DNA of 64,000 nucleotides. Source: Haliotis rufescens (taxonomy: Eukaryota). The translations under genes and the position numbers were made by a program. Shown here piece by piece: positions 53,601 to 62,600 of this stretch (its first letter is position 1; the number at the start of each line of letters is the position of its first letter). The notes under the pieces are model-generated. The model saw nothing but the letters and a program-made list of their open reading frames with translations. It ran no database searches and was not told where the DNA came from. Where the stretch lies: NCBI RefSeq assembly GCF_023055435.1, contig NW_025963857.1, forward strand, positions 20,336,001 to 20,400,000, written 5' to 3'.

Positions 53601-56600
53601 AACACGCTATCCAATAGGTTTCACCCCCTCTCCTGGTGCAACGCCCTACCTTGGACCAACACCCTATCCAATCGGCTACACGCCTTACCTTGGTGCAACA
53701 CCCTACCCGGGACCAACACCTTACCCAATAGGATTCACACCCTCTCCTGGTGCCACACCTTATCACCTCCCTACACCCTGGCCAATAGGATTCACGCCAT
53801 TCCCTGGTGCTACTCCCTACCCAGGACCATCTAAATACCCGATTGGATTTGTCCCATCTCCCGGTGCTACTCCTTACCTGGGACCAACGCCATACCCAAT
53901 TGGATACACTCCATATCCAGGGGCAACACCTTACCCAGGGCCTTCAAAATACCCAATTGGTTTCACTCCTTCCCCGGGAGCTACTCCCTACCCTGGTCCA
54001 ACACCGTGGCCTATTGGGTACACCCCATCACCAGGTGCGACCCCATATCCAGGACCTAAGTTTAACGTACCGACACCATATCCCATTGGTTACACTCCGT
54101 CCCCTGGAGCTACCCCATACTTGGGACCAACTCCCTACCCTATTGGGTTCACGCCATATCCAGGTGCTACACCATACCCAGGACCATCGAAATATCCTAT
54201 AGGTTTTACACCTTCACCAGGTGCAACTCCTTACCTTGGACCGACACCGTACCCAATTGGATATACGCCATGGCCCGGGGCAACACCATATCCAGGTCCA
54301 TCAAAATATCCAATAGGTTTCACACCATCTCCAGGAGCTACGCCCTACCTTGGACCTACCCCATACCCCATAGGATATACACCATTCCCAGGTGCCACAC
54401 CTTATCCAGGACCAACAAGGTACCCTATTGGATTCACCCCATCACCAGGCGCTACGCCATATCTAGGACCAACACCGTATCCAATCGGTCATATTCCGTA
54501 TCCTGGGGCAACACCATACCCTGGTCCATCTAAATATCCAATAGGATTTACACCATCAATTGGTGCCACACCTTACCTAGGACCAACACCCTACCCGATC
54601 GGATACACTCCATGGGTAGGAGCAACCCCCTATCCAGGACCAACCCCCTATCCTATTGGCTTTACGCCATCGCCAGGTGCCACACCCTACCATATTCCAA
54701 CACCTTGGCCTATTGGCTATACGCCGTTTTTAGGTGCAACGCCATACCCAGGTCCTACACCCTATCCCATTGGATACACACCATCACCAGGTGCCACACC
54801 ATACCGTGCTCCAACACCTTGGCCAATTGGATACACCCCATTCCCTGGAGCAACGCCGTACCCTGGACCAACACCTTATCCCATTGGATACACACCATCA
54901 CCAGGCGCCACACCATACCATGCTCCAACACCTTGGCCAATTGGATACACCCCATTCCCTGGAGCAACACCATACCCTGGACCAACACCCTATCCTATTG
55001 GTTATACTCCTTCTCCTGGGGCTACACCATATCCAGGACCTACTCCATATCCAATTGGCTACACACCATTCCCTGGTGCAACACCTTATCCAGGCCCATC
55101 TAAATACCCAATTGGATACACACCATCTCCAGGTGCGACTCCATATCTTGGACCCACTCCTTACCCAATAGGTTTCACACCATACCCTGGTGCAACACCT
55201 TATCCAGGCCCATCCAAGTATCCTATTGGATACACGCCATCGCCTGGTGCTACACCATATCTTGGGCCTACGCCATATCCAATTGGTTACACTCCTTGGC
55301 CAGGGGCAACACCATACCCAGGACCATCCAAATACCCCTTTGGATACACACCGTCTCCCGGAGCTACACCATACCTTGGGCCAACCCCTTACCCAATAGG
55401 TTTCACACCATACCCTGATGCAACACCTTATCCAGGCCCATCCAAGTATCCATTTGGATACACCCCATCTCCCGGTGCTACCCCGTACCTTGGGCCAACT
55501 CCTTACCCAATCGGTTTCACTCCATCACCCGGTGCTACACCCTACCCAGGCCCATCCAAATACCCAATTGGGTTTACCCCGTTCCCTGGCGCAACTCCTT
55601 ATCTTGGACCAACACCTTATCCAATTGGCTTTACACCATACCCTGGAGCAACACCTTATCCGGGTCCATCTAAATACCCGATTGGATTTACCCCATCACC
55701 TGGTGCTACGCCCTACCCAGGACCAACACCGTACCCTGTTGGCTATACACAATCTCCCGGAGCTACCCCTTATAAGCTGCCAACTATTCCATCAACAAAC
55801 ACTCCCACCACTCCATATCCGATTGGTTACACCCCATGGCCAGGTGCAACGCCGTACCTAGGACCTACCCCCTACCCAATAGGATTCACACCATCTCCAG
55901 GTGCCACACCCTACCATCTTCCAACACCCTGGCCTATTGGTTATGTACCATACCCTGGTGCAACACCATACCCAGGTCCCACTCCCTATCCTATTGGATT
56001 CACACCATCCCCAGGTGCTACCCCATATCTTGGACCAACACCCTACCCCATAGGATATACGCCTTACCCTGGAGCCACCCCCTACCCTGGACCATCAAAG
56101 TACCCCATTGGATTCACACCTTCCCCTGGAGCAACTCCTTATTTGGGACCAACACCATATCCTATTGGCTACACACCATGGCCAGGTGCAACACCTTATC
56201 CAGGACCATCCAAATACCCAATAGGTTTCACGCCTGTCCCCGGAGGAACTCCTTATCTGGGACCCACTCCTTACCCCATTGGATATGTGCCATATCCAGG
56301 TGCAACCCCGTACCCAGGACCAACCAGATATCCTATCGGATTCACCCCATCACCAGGTGCCACACCCTATAGAGGACCTACACCTTACCCTATTGGCTAC
56401 ACACCATATCCAGGAGCAACACCTTATCCAGGACCCACCCCATACCCAATAGGATTCACACCTTCCCCAGGGGCGACTCCATACAGAGGCCCAACACCTT
56501 ATCCAGTTGGCTACACACCTTGGCCAGGAGCAACACCATACCCAGGTCCAACTCCATATCCTATTGGGTTTACGCCATCTCCTGGCGCAACACCCTTCCA

Positions 56601-59600
56601 TGTTCCTACTCCCTGGCCAATCGGCTACACTCCTTATCCTGGTGCTACTCCCTACCCTGGACCAACACCTTACCCCATTGGATACACACCCTCTCCTGGC
56701 GCGACACCCTTCCACCTAGGAACCCCATGGCCAATAGGTTTCACCCCTTACTTAGGGGCTACGCCATACCCAGGACCTACACCTTATCCCATTGGTTACA
56801 CACCATCCCCTGGAGCCACACCTTACAAAGCACCAACACCATGGCCCATTGGCTACACTCCCTATCCTGGAGCAACGCCATACCCAGGACCAACGCCATA
56901 CCCTATTGGCTACACACCTTCACCTGGAGCAACACCGTACAGAGCACCAACACCATGGCCAATTGGTTTCACACCTTATCCCGGAGCAACACCATACCCA
57001 GGACCAACCAAATATCCAATTGGATTCACGCCATCTCCCGGAGCCACCCCGTATCTTGGACCAACCCCATACCCGATAGGCTACACACCATTCCCTGGTG
57101 CAACGCCATATCCTGGCCCAACTCCTTATCCTATTGGGTATACACCATCACCAGGTGCCACACCATACTTAGGACCAACACCATATCCAATTGGATTCGT
57201 TCCTTATCCTGGAGCCACCCCTTACCCAGGACCATCTAGGTGGCCAATTGGTTTTACTCCTTCACCTGGTGCCACGCCATACAAGGGACCCACTCCTTAT
57301 CCCATTGGCTACACCCCATGGCCAGGTGCAACACCCTACCCTGGACCAACACCCTATCCAATAGGCTTTACTCCCTCTGTCGGAGGAACACCCTATCTTG
57401 GACCTACACCTTACCCCATAGGATATGTTCCTTACCCCGGTGCTACTCCATATCCAGGCCCCAGCCCATATCCTATTGGATTCACACCCTATCCAGGCGC
57501 AACGCCATACCTTGGACCAACACCTTATCCCATCGGCTACACTCCATGGCCAGGTGCAACACCTTATCCAGGACCATCCAAATACCCCATTGGGTTCACA
57601 CCTTCCATTGGAGCCACTCCCTACCTTGGACCCACTCCGTATCCAATCGGATACACGCCTTACCCTGGAGCAACACCTTACCCAGGTCCAACACCTTATC
57701 CCATTGGATTCACACCCTCGCCTGGTGCCACACCGTATCACCTACCTACACCTTGGCCCATTGGTTACACACCATTCCCTGGTGCTACACCTTACCCCGG
57801 ACCAAGTAAGTATCCAATTGGATTTACCCCGAGTATAGGTGCCACACCATACCTTGGCCCAACTCCTTACCCAATAGGATTCGTACCCTACCTCGGTGCC
57901 ACCCCATACCCAGGACCATCCAAGTACCCTATTGGATTCATCCCATATCCAGGAGCTACTCGCTATTTGGGACCTACTCCTTGGCCAATCGGATTCACCC
58001 CATCAATAGGGGCAACACCATACCCTGGACCTTCTAAATATCCTTTCGGTTTCACGCCATACCCGGGGGCAACACCTTATCTCGGACCAACACCATACCC
58101 GATTGGTTACACACCATCAACTGGTGCTACACCTTACCCTGGACCATCTAGATATCCTATAGGTTTCACCCCATCACCTGGAGCTACGCCCTACCTCGGA
58201 CCAACGCCATACCCTATTGGTTTTGTGCCCTACCCTGGAGCAACTCCGTATCCAGGACCAACACCTATACCAGGTATGCCTTCTTCACCATGTGACATAA
58301 TAGAGCAGGGTACTGGTATCTCACACACGGTATTCAACGTAATGTTATTCAACATAAATTGTAATCTTGGAAAAAGTCTTATATTGCGTATTTTCCTATA
58401 AGAAATGAACGTGTGTAATTCAAAACATATAGTGTACATTGGTGTAAAGGTATAGAATCAAATGTTTAATATTTGTGTGTTTGTTTGTTGTTTAACGCCG
58501 CTCTCAGCAATATTCCAGCTACAAACGGCGGTCTGTAAATAATCGAGTCTGGACCAGACAATCCAGTGATTGACATCATGATCCATACAAATGAGATACA
58601 ATGACCACCCGTTCCCGTTAGTTGCCTCATTCGACAAGCATGGGTTGCTGAAGACTTATTTTAACCAAGATCTTCAAGGAGATTAATATTTCTTAGCTGG
58701 GGGCAAGTAAAGTAAGGTCAGCATTGTATTATTTTTGCTTAACTCCAGGCTATACACCAATGACGGGCGTGACACAAGCACCAGGACTTAAAGGTGAGTG
58801 TCAGCTATTGTATTACGTTGTGATGTTGTGACTCCTCAATCAGCGAAAATAAAATAACCGTGAAAAACAGTAAATGTAACAAACAAACCTCGGACAAAAA
58901 AATAATTATTTATTTCATTATCCCATTATTATAAACAGGACATATATGGGTTTTTCTTGTATAATCATTGTTGTAAATATCTGCCATATATGTGTTAACA
59001 TTGGTTTCCTCTTGACAATTACCTGTTGTCCCTCCATCTAGGCATGTGCGAGTACAACAACCAGTACTACAAGGAAGGCCAGCTGTGGTACGATGGCTGC
59101 AGCAAGGTGTGCCGCTGCGAGAGTGCCGACGTCAACTTCCACAGATGCCAGGACAGGTAGGATGACATACGGGTTTGAACATTGTTTGTTGTTTAATGCC
59201 TCACTCAGCAATATTCCAGCTTTATGACGGGGCCGTTCGCGGCCTGTCATCTTCCCGAGGCAAGGGAGTTAACTGACTATAAAAGTCCAGTTTCCACCCT
59301 TGCCGAACTAGGCTGGATTTATGGAGTTATATTTTTGCTCGACTAACAAGTCTATGCATAGTCCAATCAAAATCGCGTAACGAAATGAACATCCGGTTCG
59401 TAAACTGCGGTGCAGATTTCGGTCGACTGCAGGATTTGCAAAGCATGTGTACCGTCAACTTAGCATCAACAGATATTTTCCAATTTGTTGAGTTTTTAAT
59501 GAAGGTCCTCACGTGATTTGATGCACTTCGCGAAGTAAGACCCGTTTTATTACGATATAGATCTTGATTATCGATCAGATCATAATAATTTGTTTGAAGC

Positions 59601-62600
59601 AAATGCAAGTGATATCTGAGGTGGAATCTGATTAGTCAATATGAGAGACATAGGATGGGCATTACTCGTGGCGCTACGATCGAACCCAGAAATTCCGGCC
59701 TAGCTCAGTGATGTAACCGGCACAAAGGCACACTCACTGATTATTTCAGATGGTCGCTGGGGTTTCGGATATAACAGTTGAACGTCTTTGTTCCAGGTGC
59801 ACGAAGTATGACAGCATCCAGTCTGACTGCCTCATGGTGCCTGATCCTAAAGACCCGTCCTGCTGCAAGAAGCCTCAGTGTCCAGTCCCGACCCCTGCAC
59901 CAGGAGTGACGCCGACACCAGGGTTCATCTCCGTCACCCCCGCCCCTGGCTACATCAACGGCTACGGCAAACCCCCGACCATGGCGCCAGGTGTATCGCC
60001 ATCACCCGGATCCCAGCCCACACCCTCGCCTAGAGGTAACAAGGAGTAGTTCGTTATACATGGATCACCCGGTTACACAATAGGATTAGTGTCATCCCAG
60101 GATCAACTTCAAAACGTCCACCACGAATAGCTGCAATATTGCTGATGCAGAGTTAAGCAAATATCCCACACAGACACAGGATGACAGTGTGTGACACGTG
60201 ATAACAATCACCCAGCTCCCTACAACACAGTACTGACCCTTTACAAGTGTCACAATAACAACATCAGTTTGCTGATACCGTAAACTACCAAAGACAGCAA
60301 CCCTGGTCTAGTGGATAGAGCGTCAGTGNNNNNNNNNNNNNNNNNNNNNNNNNNNNNNNNNNNNNNNNNNNNNNNNNNNNNNNNNNNNNNNNNNNNNNNN
60401 NNNNNNNNNNNNNNNNNNNNNNNNNNNNNNNNNNNNNNNNNNNNNNNNNNNNNNNNNNNNNNNNNNNNNNNNNNNNNNNNNNNNNNNNNNNNNNNNNNNN
60501 NNNNNNNNNNNNNNNNNNNNNNNNNNNNNNNNNNNNNNNNNNNNNNNNNNNNNNNNNATGTACAAGGGCCAGGTCTACAACGAGGGACAGACGTGGGAAG
60601 ACGGATGCGACTTCGACTGTGAATGTCTGGATGATGCTACTGGCCAGTACAAGTGCCTCAAGAAGTGAGTCACCAACTATTTCACATCCTGGTATTCTTC
60701 CCTTTAGCCAGTCATTACTCTCGCTATGTCCTGATCCTGTTTGGGTTCATCACTGGCATTCTATCACGCATTACCACTCAAGTTTCTACATACCTCTCCC
60801 CTATATGTAAACATATTTCATATAGGTCGACATGATTATTTTGCAAATGTCAACTGTTCTCCCTAACGAATAATTATGTTAATAACATTTCTCTCGAAAT
60901 ATATTATAAGGTAAAATGCCCATATATTCGCCCCGAATGCACATAAACTGCGGTATTACTTACTGACCTGGACCCACTTGCACAAAGCAATTTCAGCGCT
61001 AAGACTATCTTAAGCCTATGTTAAAGTATGGGAATTACGATCATCTTAGCTCTAAGATCGCTTTGTGCAAGTGGGCCCTGGACATCTGAGGAGCAACAGA
61101 AGATATACTGAGGGGCAAGAGAAACTATATCTCTCAGCTGATATTATTATGTGTTTGATTTTCAATTGGAAATACTCGTATCTGAAGTTAGTCATATAAT
61201 ATACAAAAAAGATTAACTTTACTGGCGTATAGTCAGCACTCAAAGAATACTTCTACATGGTTTTCCTTTCAGAAATATAATTAATTTAAAACTTTAAAAA
61301 AATTAACTATTTTTTTTACAACTGCTGATGATTCTATTAGACATCTTATCTTTAAGAAAGTAAAGGCACAAAATTACAAAATTTCAAACATTTCACAAAC
61401 TGTTGCAGGAAGGCGTGATTGTTAATAGACATAATCAAATTTAACAACAGTTTCTTTTTTTCAATTTTCAATTACTTAAAAAACAAACTAGGTATACAGT
61501 AAACTACGTTTATAACGAACACGCTAATAACGAACTGACCGATGTAACGAACATCTTTTTTAGTCTCGATCATATATGCTGCATATATATGCTTATAACG
61601 AACTACGGTTATTACGAACTAAAATTAGTGGTCCCTTTGAATACGCTATAACCGTAGTTTACTGTACATATTTTGCCCTTCAGTTTATGTCAAGTTATCC
61701 ATAGTTCGAGGCAAACGGAGTGATGATATAAAATCCCATTTATAAAGATTCTACCATCTTACATTATATACCGTTATTTTATCACATCGACTTAAACGAT
61801 ATTTCGAATAAATTTGACTTTTGATTCAAAAGGTTTCATTGTGTCACTTCTAAATGCCATTCAAAGACATGTTAAATCTTTGTTCATCTGGACGTTGAAT
61901 ATCCTTTGTATTTATTCTCCAGGTGTCCGGCGGTGCCTCAGCTTCCGAACCGCTGTGTGATGCTCCGTGACCCGACCAATCCCTGCTGCCAGCGTCCATA
62001 CTGTGACTTCCTGAATCCCACTCCCTTCCCTGGCGGTATCCCCACCCCCAACCCGATCCTCAACCCCTCTCTCGGACCTAATCAACACACAACACAGAAA
62101 CCAGGCCCCGGTGTGTCTAATGCAGCCAATCACAACCCTAGTCAAAGCACTGGTAAGTGTTAAAGACATCATGGTAATGACATCGAGTCATACATAAAGG
62201 CTTGAGGACCAGAAGTAACACATGACAAATACGCCACATTGGATTTTCCCTTTCGTCAACATCTTGATTAAAGATCCCGCAAAACAAACAATTACTAAAG
62301 TAAACAAGGTAGCGTTGCTTGTGTTCTATTACGAAGTGCCAACAACCGTGAAGTGTATGAAGTTTACAAAGTTTGTTAATAACGTGCAAATATATCATTC
62401 TGTAGCTGTCCTTCCATTGGAGAAGGTTCAGGCAAACTGGCACACAAGGATCCAATTCAACGTCTGTGGATTGAAAATGAGCAACAGACAATGGAACATA
62501 GTACCCCTTTAATATAACCATACATTTAAATATTATAAACAGTGGCATCTAAAACTGTGAGGAAAAGGTATGTGGGTCCGAATTTGAAAAAATAACTTTC

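Noticed and set aside
53302-57838. Numerous overlapping ORFs in other frames and on the minus strand of the giant exon
   Set aside because: Shadow frames of the Pro/Thr/Tyr repeat; broken by stops and motif not conserved.
53293-58401. Treating the 1702-aa ORF as a standalone gene, or as an RNA polymerase II CTD-like repeat
   Set aside because: It begins with half a VWC domain after a clear acceptor and ends at a donor at 58273. The unit is 19 aa, not YSPTSPS, and the protein is secreted.
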